Source: Myxococcota bacterium (lineage in GTDB: Bacteria > Myxococcota_A > UBA9160 > UBA6930). From it: DNA of 64,000 nucleotides. Shown piece by piece: positions 55,785 to 64,000 of this stretch (the first letter of the stretch is position 1; the number at the start of each line of letters is the position of its first letter). The notes below the pieces were generated by a model. That model searched no databases. It was not told the DNA's origin and saw only the letters and a list, made by a program, of their open reading frames with translations. Where the stretch lies: NCBI GenBank assembly GCA_965223705.1, contig OZ245015.1:3392001-3456000 (forward strand), in the 5' to 3' direction. Both the position numbers and the translations under genes were made by a program.

Positions 55785-56984
55785 ATGCCTGCACCGAGTT
55801 TCATTGCGAGCGCTCCGGAAGAGGTCGGGCTCGACTCCGAAAAGATTGCGGCGCTCTTCGCACGCGCCGAGCGAGACGTTGCGGAAGGGCTCCTCCCGGC
55901 CGTCCAAGTGGCGATCGCGCGAAACGGGAAGATCGGTGCGATGCGCACGTTTGGATCCGCGGTGCAGGACGGTGAAGAGCGCACCGCCGATGACGAGACA
56001 AACTTCGTCGCGATGTCGGCCACGAAGGCCGTGGTCGCCTCCGCCGCGTGGATCCTGATGCAGGAGGGAAAGCTCAGCCAGAAAGATCGCGTCGTCGACT
56101 ATCTGCCGGAGTACGGGAGCTTCGATAAGGCCGCGACGACGCTCGAGCACCTGCTCGCCCACACCGCGGGGATTCCCTTTGCGCGGCATCGAACCGATGA
56201 TTGGGGTGATCCGCAGAAGCTCCGGCAACGCTTCGCGGACTGGCAACTGGAGCATCCGCCCGGAGAGCAGTTTCGCTACCACCTCGCCGCAAATTTTCTT
56301 CCGATCGCGATGATCGTCGAGCAGATCAGCGGGCAGCCCCTAGCCGAGTTCATTCGGACGCGGATCGCCGAGCCACTCGGCTTGCCGGGTCTGCGCCTCG
56401 GTCTTCGGTCGCAGGACGACGTACGGGTCGCGGACCTCGTGTGGGTGGGAACGAGCCTCACCTCCGAGGACTACGAAGCGATGGGAATTCCAGGCAATCC
56501 TGTGATCGCCGCGATCGACGAAAAGCTGGTGCTCGAGTTCAACGAACGTCCCATTCGAGAGCTCGGTTATCCCGCTGGCGGGCTCATCACCACGGCGGGC
56601 GACCTCGCCCTGTTCTACCAGGCACTCCTGGCCGATGGCTTGGCACACGACGGAACCGAGGTCTGGCGCAAAGAGACGTTGGTCGATGCCAGGCGGATTC
56701 GGACGGGGGACTTGCGGGATCCGGTGATCGGGTGCCGCGCCAACCGCGGCCTCGGCATCGTGATTGCCGGCGACGACGGCCAGGCCAACATGCGGAGCTT
56801 CGGGCGCACCAACTCGCCCGAGTCGTTCGGACACCCGGGATTCGGAGGCCAGTGCGCCTGGGCCGACCCCGCGACGGGAATCTCGTTCGGGTACTTGACG
56901 AACGGCTACGACCGCAACGAGATCCGAATGGCGCGCCGCCAGGTCGCGGTCTCGAGCTTGGCGGCGTCTTGCGCGCCTTACTGA
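55785..56984 (+). CDS. Serine hydrolase, beta-lactamase class C / esterase family VIII
   Basis: SATK (SxxK), LLAHTAG, PGEQFRYH, SFGHPGFGG and WADP. Confidence 0.9.
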   Translation: MPAPSFIASAPEEVGLDSEKIAALFARAERDVAEGLLPAVQVAIARNGKIGAMRTFGSAVQDGEERTADDETNFVAMSATKAVVASAAWILMQEGKLSQKDRVVDYLPEYGSFDKAATTLEHLLAHTAGIPFARHRTDDWGDPQKLRQRFADWQLEHPPGEQFRYHLAANFLPIAMIVEQISGQPLAEFIRTRIAEPLGLPGLRLGLRSQDDVRVADLVWVGTSLTSEDYEAMGIPGNPVIAAIDEKLVLEFNERPIRELGYPAGGLITTAGDLALFYQALLADGLAHDGTEVWRKETLVDARRIRTGDLRDPVIGCRANRGLGIVIAGDDGQANMRSFGRTNSPESFGHPGFGGQCAWADPATGISFGYLTNGYDRNEIRMARRQVAVSSLAASCAPY

Positions 56985-56999
56985 GAGGTCGCGACGAGG

Positions 57000-57455
57000 T
57001 CAGCCCATCTCTTTTGATGCGGTGCGGTCCGACACCATGCGGACCCGGGCGCGCAGGTGTTGATACTTCCACTCACCGTCGATCTTGACGTAGTCGTCGT
57101 CGTAACGAGCGGTCATCCAGATAGCGCGATCGTCGGCGCTCCGGGTCCACGGGCCCATGATGTACCACACGCCAGTCGCAGATTCGCCGTCCACCTCGAT
57201 GATGGGGTTCATGATGTTGTGCTGCGAGAAGCTAAACGTGTCGCGAAACCCTTCGAATAGCTTTCGGATCTCCGCATGACCGCGCGCCTGGCCGAAGTCC
57301 GGGCTCTCCCAGACGCCGTCCTCCGCGAACAACGAGGTGATGCGGTCGGGGTTGTGCATGTCGTCACAGACGTCGCAGTAGCGAGCCTTCAACTGCTTGA
57401 TGGCCTCAATATCCTCGAGCCGCGTGATGCGGGCCGCGAGATTCACTTCGCTCAT
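57000..57455 (-). CDS. SnoaL-like (LinA/BaiE-type) protein
   Basis: RLEDIEAIKQLKARYC, LFAEDGVW, QHNIMNPIIEVDG and YDDDYVKIDGEWK. Confidence 0.85.
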   Translation of the reverse strand: MSEVNLAARITRLEDIEAIKQLKARYCDVCDDMHNPDRITSLFAEDGVWESPDFGQARGHAEIRKLFEGFRDTFSFSQHNIMNPIIEVDGESATGVWYIMGPWTRSADDRAIWMTARYDDDYVKIDGEWKYQHLRARVRMVSDRTASKEMG

Positions 57456-57503
57456 ATTTCCGTGCCTCCCCTTCGGTAAGGCTAACACGCGCCGCAGCGC
57501 CGA

Positions 57504-59003
57504 TTACGACGCACGCCGAAGCGCATGCCCCGCACGCTCGGCGGTCAACACACCGTCCCTCACTGCCCATGTACCGTTCACGAAGACGTGAGCGATCCCG
57601 TCGGGGTAGCAGTTTGGATCCTCGAAGGTACCTCGATCGATGATGCGCTCGGAATCAAAGAGGACGAGGTCGGCGAACGCGCCCTCTTCCACGAGACCGC
57701 GGCCCTCCAAACCGAACTTCGCGGCGGAGAAACCCGTCATGCGGTGCACCGCCTCTTCGAGCGAGAGCAACCCGCGATCCCGCGCATAGTGGCCGACGAC
57801 CCGGGCGAAGCTGTTGTAAAGGCGCGGGTGAGGTCTTCCCTCGAGTGTGGGAACCCCGTCGGAGCCGATCATCGTCGCCGGGTGCCTCAGGACGGTTTCG
57901 ACGTCGGTCTCGCTCATCATATGGAGGACGACGGTCGTCCCGGGCGCCTCGCGCTCGATCCGGTGGGCCGCGTCGACTGCCGAAAGGCCGAAGGACTCCG
58001 CGAGGGACGCGATCGTCCGTCCTTCCCACTCCGGATGTCCAGTGGAGGCCGCGACCACAACGTCCTCGGGTCGCACCGCTCCGATCCCGGAACCGCTGGC
58101 TGCTTCCGAAAAGACGTCGTTCTGAATCACCGCGCGGAGTATTGTGCTCCCCGCAGTGTACGGGTACTGATCCGCGTGCACGCTCTCACCCCGCGCCTGC
58201 GCCGCCTCGATGAGCGCGAGTGCTTCGGACACGAGTCCCCAGTTCTCGCGTCCCGAGGCCTTCAGGTGGGAGATCTGCACGGGTATCCCGGCCGAGGCAC
58301 CGATGGCGATCGCTTCGCGAACCGAGCGCAGCAAGCCACTCGCCTCGTCCCTCATGTGGGTGGCGTAGAGGGCGCCGCTTCCTCGAAGCTCCGCAGCGAG
58401 CTCCGCGATCTCTTCGGTCTCGGCGTAGCGACCCGGTTCGTAGATCAAGCCCGTCGAAAGACCGAGCGCACCGGCCTCGACCGCTTCCCGCAACTGGGCC
58501 TTCATCGCGTCGAGCTCACGCCGCTCGGGCTGCCGCGGCTCTCGCCCGATCGCTGCCAGGCGCAACGTGCCGTGACCGGCGAGGACACCGATGTTCGCGC
58601 CGGGCCGCACTTCGGCGACCCGGTCGACGTAGCCGCGAAACCCGTCGAAGGGTTCGATGGCAATGCCCGGCGTCAGGGCCTCGGCGAGAGCGACCGCTTC
58701 GGCAAAGGGAGCGGGTCCGAAGCCGCAGTTTCCGACGATGCAGGTGGTGACGCCTCCGCGCAGCTTGAAGCCCATATCCGGATGCACCAAGGCGGCGAAG
58801 TCGTCATGCGTGTGGACGTCGATGAAACCGGGGGCGAGGGCGAGGCCACAAGCGTCGATCTCTTCGCGTGCCGTTGCGTTGCCGGGCGCGCCGACCGAAG
58901 CGATGCGTTCACCCGCAACTCCGACGTCGACTTCGCGAGACGGCCCGCCCGTGCCGTCGACGACCCGGGCTCCTCGAATCAAGACATCGAAGTGGGCGCC
59001 CAT
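57504..59003 (-). CDS. N-acyl-D-amino acid deacylase (amidohydrolase family)
   Basis: PGFIDVHTHDD, GNCG, STGLIYEPG, THMRDE, ISHLK, DQYPY, GSDG and HPR. Start ATG 59003. Confidence 0.92.
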   Translation of the reverse strand: MGAHFDVLIRGARVVDGTGGPSREVDVGVAGERIASVGAPGNATAREEIDACGLALAPGFIDVHTHDDFAALVHPDMGFKLRGGVTTCIVGNCGFGPAPFAEAVALAEALTPGIAIEPFDGFRGYVDRVAEVRPGANIGVLAGHGTLRLAAIGREPRQPERRELDAMKAQLREAVEAGALGLSTGLIYEPGRYAETEEIAELAAELRGSGALYATHMRDEASGLLRSVREAIAIGASAGIPVQISHLKASGRENWGLVSEALALIEAAQARGESVHADQYPYTAGSTILRAVIQNDVFSEAASGSGIGAVRPEDVVVAASTGHPEWEGRTIASLAESFGLSAVDAAHRIEREAPGTTVVLHMMSETDVETVLRHPATMIGSDGVPTLEGRPHPRLYNSFARVVGHYARDRGLLSLEEAVHRMTGFSAAKFGLEGRGLVEEGAFADLVLFDSERIIDRGTFEDPNCYPDGIAHVFVNGTWAVRDGVLTAERAGHALRRAS

Positions 59004-59058
59004 GCCTCCGAGGGTACCCGAAGCCGAATGACGCGGTGGAATGCTCCGCCCTCCCCGG

Positions 59059-60084
59059 TCAGACGAGCCCGTGCGCGATGAGGCTTTCACCCGTATCGAC
59101 CACCATTTCCTCGAGACTGCGCGGCTTCCAGCCGAGGCGATCCCGGATCTTCGTGGTGTCGATGTCCTGACGTTTGCCGAGTTCGGGAACGACGAGCCGC
59201 ACGGTCTTGTCGAAGAGGGATGCCGCGCGGATCGCGAAGTTGGGGAGTCTTCGGGTCGGAACCTTGTAGCCGCGGTCGGCGAAGTTTCGGTTCAGGATCT
59301 CGACAATCTCTGCCATCCAGGTGTGTTCCCCGGCGCAGCAGAACCGCTCCCCGCCCGCGCCCGGAGCGGTCATCGCGGCGACATGGGCCGCCGCCACGTC
59401 TCGAACGTCGACGGTGGCGTAGCCGAGATTCGGTACGCCGGGGAACTCCCTCGCCATGAACTTTCGAACGGCTTCGGAGGACGTCGGCGGTGAGTCGCCC
59501 GTCAAGAGTGGCCCCAAGATGAGGCCGGGGTTGATCGTGGTGAGATCGAGACCGCACGTGTTCGCGAAATCCCACGCCGCGCGCTCGGCCAGAGTCTTGC
59601 TTTTTTCGTAGGGGGCGAGCCCTTCGACGATCGACCAATCGCCCTCGTCAAAGGTGCGGGACCCGTCGCGCGCATGGCCGTACACCACGGCTGCGAGGGA
59701 AGAGGTCATGACCACGCGTTGCGCGCCCGCCTCCGATGCCGCGCGAAGCACGCGGAGTGCTCCCTCGCGCGCCGGGACGATCAATTCATCCTCGTGGCGT
59801 GGGAGTTCCGCCGGGATGGGGGAAGCGATGTGGTGGACGAAGCGGCAACCGCGAACGGCGTCCGCCCACCCGTCGTCGCTCGAGAGGTCGGCGTCGACCA
59901 GTTCGAGCCGGTCGGCGACATCGGTATGGCGGGCCAGAGCCTCGCGCAGCGGTGCGGCGCGTTTTTGAGAGCGAAGCGTGCCGCGCACGCGGTACCCCTC
60001 CCTCAGCAGCGCGAGCGCTGTATGTAGGCCGACGAAACCGGAAATACCCGTGACGAGAACTGTGCTGTCCTGTTGCGCAGTCAT
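59059..60084 (-). CDS. Extended SDR, aldehyde/dihydroflavonol reductase-like
   Basis: VTGISGFVG, HIASP, MTSS, YEKSKTLAE and VDVRDVA. Confidence 0.9.
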   Translation of the reverse strand: MTAQQDSTVLVTGISGFVGLHTALALLREGYRVRGTLRSQKRAAPLREALARHTDVADRLELVDADLSSDDGWADAVRGCRFVHHIASPIPAELPRHEDELIVPAREGALRVLRAASEAGAQRVVMTSSLAAVVYGHARDGSRTFDEGDWSIVEGLAPYEKSKTLAERAAWDFANTCGLDLTTINPGLILGPLLTGDSPPTSSEAVRKFMAREFPGVPNLGYATVDVRDVAAAHVAAMTAPGAGGERFCCAGEHTWMAEIVEILNRNFADRGYKVPTRRLPNFAIRAASLFDKTVRLVVPELGKRQDIDTTKIRDRLGWKPRSLEEMVVDTGESLIAHGLV

Positions 60085-60148
60085 GGAAATGACTCCTCCG
60101 GATGGGATGGATACAAAATGACGACTTCTGTAAGGTTGTAAATCCACC

Positions 60149-60163
60149 TGACAGATCTTGTCA
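60149..60163. promoter_or_regulatory. Candidate TetR operator
   Basis: Inverted repeat TGACA-GATCT-TGTCA in the divergent SDR/tetR intergenic region. Confidence 0.55.
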
Positions 60164-60219
60164 AGTGGTAAAGTCCGAACGGGTCCGAGGTACCGAGAGC
60201 GGGAGTCGAAACGGCGGAG

Positions 60220-60789
60220 ATGGGCGACACGGAAGAGAAAATCGTCGAGGCCGCGATCCGCACCTTCGTGCGCTACGGGGCGCGAAAGACCGCGATGGCC
60301 GATATCGCGGAAGCGGCGGGGGTCTCGCGGCAGACGCTCTACGCGACTTTTGGTGGCAAAGACGAGCTGATCGTCGCGTCGATTCGAGCCGTCACCGAGC
60401 GCTCCTTGGCCGACGTGCGCGAGGGCTTGAAAGGCTGCGCCACGCTTTCCGAACGACTCGACGTCTACCTCCTCGGGACCGTCGTGAAATCATTCGAGCT
60501 CCTCCAGAACGCCGCCGACGCGGAGGACTTGATCTCGGGTCACAACGAGGCCGGGCGCACCGAGCTTGCCAGGTCTCACGAACGGCACGAAGCGCTACTG
60601 GCGGAGATCTTGGCGCCCGACACCGAGCGCATCGACGCGTCCGGCCACACCGTGCAAGAGCTCGCGCACTTCATCGCAACGGCCGGCAAAGGGTTCAAAT
60701 ACGGTGCTTCGAACCGCGAAGATCTCGACGGTTTGTGCAGGACGCTGAAGAACGCCGTGCTGGCCATCGCGGACTCGAACGAAAGGTAG
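60220..60789 (+). CDS. TetR/AcrR family regulator
   Basis: IVEAA..FVRYG..TAMADIAEAAGVSRQTLY..F..KDEL. Confidence 0.92.
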   Translation: MGDTEEKIVEAAIRTFVRYGARKTAMADIAEAAGVSRQTLYATFGGKDELIVASIRAVTERSLADVREGLKGCATLSERLDVYLLGTVVKSFELLQNAADAEDLISGHNEAGRTELARSHERHEALLAEILAPDTERIDASGHTVQELAHFIATAGKGFKYGASNREDLDGLCRTLKNAVLAIADSNER

Positions 60790-60792
60790 AGG

Positions 60793-61293
60793 ATGACCCT
60801 TGTCGAAGTGGGCGCGATCGGTGAGCTGGTAGGGGGGCTCGGTGTGTTGGCGACCCTGATCTACCTAGCCGCGCAAGTCAATCAGTCGAACCGGCTCGCA
60901 AGCGCACAAGTTCACCAGGAGACGTCGCGCATCTCTTCTGAGTTCGGAATGCAAACGAACCGTGAGGAAGTGGAGCTGGCGGCGCGAATCCCGACGTCGT
61001 GGGATGAGCTGTCGGCGACGGATCGGAGGCTCATCGGCTTTCGCCTCGCGGCTGTCGTCAACTACTACGAGACGCTTTTCTACGCCCATGAGCGAGGAGA
61101 CGTAGAAGAAGATCTGTGGATGAGCCGCGTCGAACGCATGCGGCGCACGTTCGCGATCTTCGCGCCGATGTGGCCTCACTACAAAACGACCTTCGGTGGG
61201 CGCTTCGGCGAGTTCGTCGACGCGGAGGTCCTACCGAGTCTCGACGGGTTTTTCTGGGAAGATTCCGAAGTCGGGCCGTCCGAGCGCCGCTAG
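60793..61293 (+). CDS. Hypothetical membrane-anchored protein
   Basis: N-terminal TM AIGELVGGLGVLATLIYLAAQV followed by a helical domain. GAGG RBS. Confidence 0.7.
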   Translation: MTLVEVGAIGELVGGLGVLATLIYLAAQVNQSNRLASAQVHQETSRISSEFGMQTNREEVELAARIPTSWDELSATDRRLIGFRLAAVVNYYETLFYAHERGDVEEDLWMSRVERMRRTFAIFAPMWPHYKTTFGGRFGEFVDAEVLPSLDGFFWEDSEVGPSERR

Positions 61294-61940
61294 CCGCCCC
61301 GGGGCTCGCCCGTCGCGATCCGGTGGACCATCTGCGTAACGAGGGTCTCCCAGGAAATCCCTCCGAGATCGCGTCCCAGGGCGACAATCGACGCCACGCC
61401 GTGAAGTGCGCAGCGAAATGCCTGCACCCGCTCCTCCTTACCCGCGCCGTCCGGGGGCGGTCCCGATGCCTGCACCGCAGCGGCGAGCGCGTCGAGCATG
61501 CGTTTCCCCTGAACGTGTTGCTTGGCGGTAGCCGCTTCCCGAGAGAAAGGGTGCGAACGGATCAGGAAGATCGCCTCGTAGGCGTGGGGGCGATCGAGGG
61601 CGAAGCGCACATAGGCCCGGGCCACCGACAGTAGCCCCTCGCGCGGGTCCTCCTCCGACGCGAGCGCCACCTCGAGCCGATCCGCGAGGCGGCCCACTTC
61701 GACTTCGATGAGCTCGGACAGCAGGTCATCTTTGTCCGCGAAGTGCAGATAGATCGTGCGAGGCGAGTAGCCGACTTGCGCCGCCACGCGGCGCATCGAG
61801 ATCGCGGCGAGTCCCCCTTCGGCGAAGAGTTCCCGGGTCGCGTCCAGGATCGCGTCACGGACCTTGGCCCGGGCTTCCTGTCGGAGCTTCGCTTTGACGT
61901 CGCCGCGGCCGGAAGGTCCACCCGTTTGACGAGGGCTCAT
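61290..61940 (-). CDS. TetR family regulator (WHG-type C-terminus)
   Basis: SMRRVAAQVGYSPRTIYLHFADKDDL, YVRFA and LHGVAS. Confidence 0.9.
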   Translation of the reverse strand: MSPRQTGGPSGRGDVKAKLRQEARAKVRDAILDATRELFAEGGLAAISMRRVAAQVGYSPRTIYLHFADKDDLLSELIEVEVGRLADRLEVALASEEDPREGLLSVARAYVRFALDRPHAYEAIFLIRSHPFSREAATAKQHVQGKRMLDALAAAVQASGPPPDGAGKEERVQAFRCALHGVASIVALGRDLGGISWETLVTQMVHRIATGEPRGG

Positions 61941-61981
61941 CTCGCTCCCACCTCACAGCGATTGATTCGTGCGTTGCGCCT

Positions 61982-61998
61982 AGTATACACTGTGTACT
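61982..61998. promoter_or_regulatory. Candidate TetR operator upstream of the DUF1329-DUF1302 operon
   Basis: Palindrome TACAC-T-GTGTA (61986-61996) within AGTATACACTGTGTACT. Confidence 0.55.
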
Positions 61999-62035
61999 CG
62001 GATCGTATCCCAATCGAAGTACTGAGGAACCCGAG

Positions 62036-63346
62036 ATGCAACACGAGAACTGCGCCTATCGCGCGCTGCGCCGGCTCGCCCAGCCGGTTTGGATCGTCGC
62101 TCTTCTAGGGCTCTCTGCAATGGCGACCGCCGAGACGGATCGCAGCTACCAATCGCTGCGCGACTGGATCGCGAACGAAGGACCGAGCGAACCCATCGCG
62201 CCGGGCACGCGGCTGACGGAGAAGGACCGCGAGCTCCTCGAGCGCTACATCCCGCACTCGGCCTGGGACTACTACATCTTCGACGGCATGGAGATGGAGA
62301 TTGCGGAAACGGGCCACTACCCCGCCCCGCCCGGCTGGGGCGAGGAGGTTCCCTCGGACTACCGCCTCGACGAAGAAGGCGTCCTCTTGAACTTTCGGGG
62401 CGGCGGCTTCCCCTTCCCCGAGATCGACGCAACCGACCCCTTCGCCGGCCAGAAGGTGGTCTGGAACATGCTGTGGCGCCCGGGCAGCGACGACTACGAC
62501 ATGCCCATGGTGACCTGGCTGCGCGGTGAGAACGGGCGCCTCGACCGCGAACTCGAATACACGTCGGTGAACTCCATGTATGCGCGCGGCCGGGAGAGCC
62601 TCGTGCCGGGCTACGAGGAGGTGAAGAGCAAGCGGGTGATGGAGTTCCGCTCGCCGCGAGACATGGCCGGCGCGAAGGACATGGCCATCACGTACGTCGA
62701 CCACTACAAGGAGAACTCCGGCTGGCTCTACATGCCGGCCCAGCGCAAGCCCCGGCGCACCCTCGCCTCCGAGCGCACCAGCGAGCTGATGGGCATGGAC
62801 ATGATTCGCGAAGACCTAAACGGCTTCGGCGGAAAAGTCTTCGAAAACGATTGGGAATATCTCGGTACGCGGAAGGTCTTCGCCACGATCAACGTGCGCG
62901 ACAACCCGGAGATCGGCGGCCCTCACCTCTGGGTGCCGCACAAGGCACGCTGGGAAGTGCGTGATGCGCACGTGGTGCTGGTGACGCCCACGGTGTCGAA
63001 CCATCCCTACAGCCATCGGATCATTTTCATCGATACCGAGACCTACTGGACCCACTGGATGTTCGGCTTCGATCGCGAAGACGACGAGATGCTTCGCATG
63101 AACCAGCACTACCTGAAATACTCGGAGAGCTACGCCCACGAAGAAGTCAGTCAGGCGCCGTACGTCAAGCACGACTACTCGGTGAACGTGGGACACCAGG
63201 TGTTTCTCCACCTCGGCGAGACGGATATCAACGCCAAGAAACCCCACGCGACCATCACACACTGCTTCACGAAGAAGCGCGAGTTCTCGCCGGCCCGCGC
63301 GAGGCAGTTCTACTCATTGCGCAACATGGTGAGCGGCCGGCGTTAG
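62036..63346 (+). CDS. DUF1329 family exported protein (LolA-like fold)
   Basis: Signal peptide, GFPFPEID..DP..G.KVVWN, WLYMPAQRKPRR, WEVRD, HPYSHR and IDTET. Confidence 0.8.
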   Translation: MQHENCAYRALRRLAQPVWIVALLGLSAMATAETDRSYQSLRDWIANEGPSEPIAPGTRLTEKDRELLERYIPHSAWDYYIFDGMEMEIAETGHYPAPPGWGEEVPSDYRLDEEGVLLNFRGGGFPFPEIDATDPFAGQKVVWNMLWRPGSDDYDMPMVTWLRGENGRLDRELEYTSVNSMYARGRESLVPGYEEVKSKRVMEFRSPRDMAGAKDMAITYVDHYKENSGWLYMPAQRKPRRTLASERTSELMGMDMIREDLNGFGGKVFENDWEYLGTRKVFATINVRDNPEIGGPHLWVPHKARWEVRDAHVVLVTPTVSNHPYSHRIIFIDTETYWTHWMFGFDREDDEMLRMNQHYLKYSESYAHEEVSQAPYVKHDYSVNVGHQVFLHLGETDINAKKPHATITHCFTKKREFSPARARQFYSLRNMVSGRR

Positions 63347-63356
63347 GCCAGACATC

Positions 63357-64000
63357 ATGAACCGAACGATTCTTCGGCGTTGTACCGTTGTCGCGATCGC
63401 TTTCCTCCTGGTCCAAGCCGGCCGCGCGGACGCGGTCATCAACCTGACGGAAACCATCGAGCTCGAGGGCATCTTCAAGGTTCAGAACATCCTGCGCACG
63501 CCGCGCTTCCGCGACACCGAATTCATCATGCAGCGCAACACGGCGCAGCTCGAAGGGAAGTACTACTTCCTCCGGGACAGCAAGGCTTTCGGCCGCTTTT
63601 CAACGGGACCACTCGAGGAAGCGACCTTCACCTTCATCGGGCGCGCTGTCTACGATTCGGTGTACGACACCCGAGACAGTTTCGATGAACCGAAGAACCC
63701 GGAGTTCACCCTCCGCGAGGCCTTCGTCGACCTGTTGTTGCCGCCTTTCACGCTGCGTCTCGGGCGCCAGCAAGTGGTCTGGGGGGAGACGGACAACTTC
63801 AGGGCACTGGACGTGATCAACCCGCTCGACCTCGGTTGGCACTGGTCCCGGGAGCAGTGGGAGGACATCCGCATCCCGTTGTGGATGGCCCGTGGCATCT
63901 ACGATATCGGCAAGATCGGTCCTTTCGAGGAATCCTTCCTCGAGATGATCTGGATCCCGGCGGACTTCCGCCGCAACAAGACCGAGAGCGATCCGAACCG
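63357..64000 (+). CDS. DUF1302 family outer-membrane protein, partial (runs off right edge)
   Basis: Manual translation from ATG 63357 shows a signal peptide, LREAFVD, LRLGRQQVVWGETDNFRALDVINPLD and RIPLW. Follows DUF1329. Confidence 0.8.
   Translation, partial: MNRTILRRCTVVAIAFLLVQAGRADAVINLTETIELEGIFKVQNILRTPRFRDTEFIMQRNTAQLEGKYYFLRDSKAFGRFSTGPLEEATFTFIGRAVYDSVYDTRDSFDEPKNPEFTLREAFVDLLLPPFTLRLGRQQVVWGETDNFRALDVINPLDLGWHWSREQWEDIRIPLWMARGIYDIGKIGPFEESFLEMIWIPADFRRNKTESDPN

Noticed and set aside
57525..59081. 518-aa plus-strand ORF
   Set aside because: Antisense shadow of the D-aminoacylase gene.
1..64000. CRISPR arrays, tRNA/rRNA, IS elements, integrases and anti-phage systems
   Set aside because: By eye I found no regularly spaced repeats, RNA-gene signatures, or transposase/integrase/nuclease motifs. 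Small structured RNAs could have been missed without covariance-model searches.

Overview
A GC-rich bacterial accessory region that is almost entirely catabolic. The DUF1329/DUF1302 pair, numerous SnoaL, SDR, BVMO and LLM genes, and the codon style suggest a diderm such as Candidatus Binatia or Myxococcota (inference only). Main content: (1) a partial class D-type sortase at the left edge, missed by the ORF track; (2) a non-canonical carbazole-type cluster in which CarAa-like Rieske oxygenase and CarC-like hydrolase genes sit with a MarR regulator, a BphC-type (VOC) extradiol dioxygenase instead of CarBaBb, a second C-C hydrolase, two GSTs and a RidA; (3) PhaC with two Hsp20 genes; (4) a STAND-type adenylate/guanylate cyclase and arsR-acr3; (5) an iacABICDE-MarR indole-3-acetate catabolic cluster lacking iacF/G/H; (6) soxCD, a RutA-like operon, a P450, two BVMOs, an OYE, and a thiol dioxygenase with a rhodanese; (7) an OsmC-like gene with an in-frame TGA at the second catalytic Cys position, followed by an fdhF-like SECIS hairpin, i.e. 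a probable selenoprotein. Also seen are a frameshifted proline iminopeptidase, gene relics and a probable ATC start codon. No rRNA, tRNA, CRISPR array or transposase was recognised. Family calls rest on motif recognition and recalled reference sequences, not on database searches.
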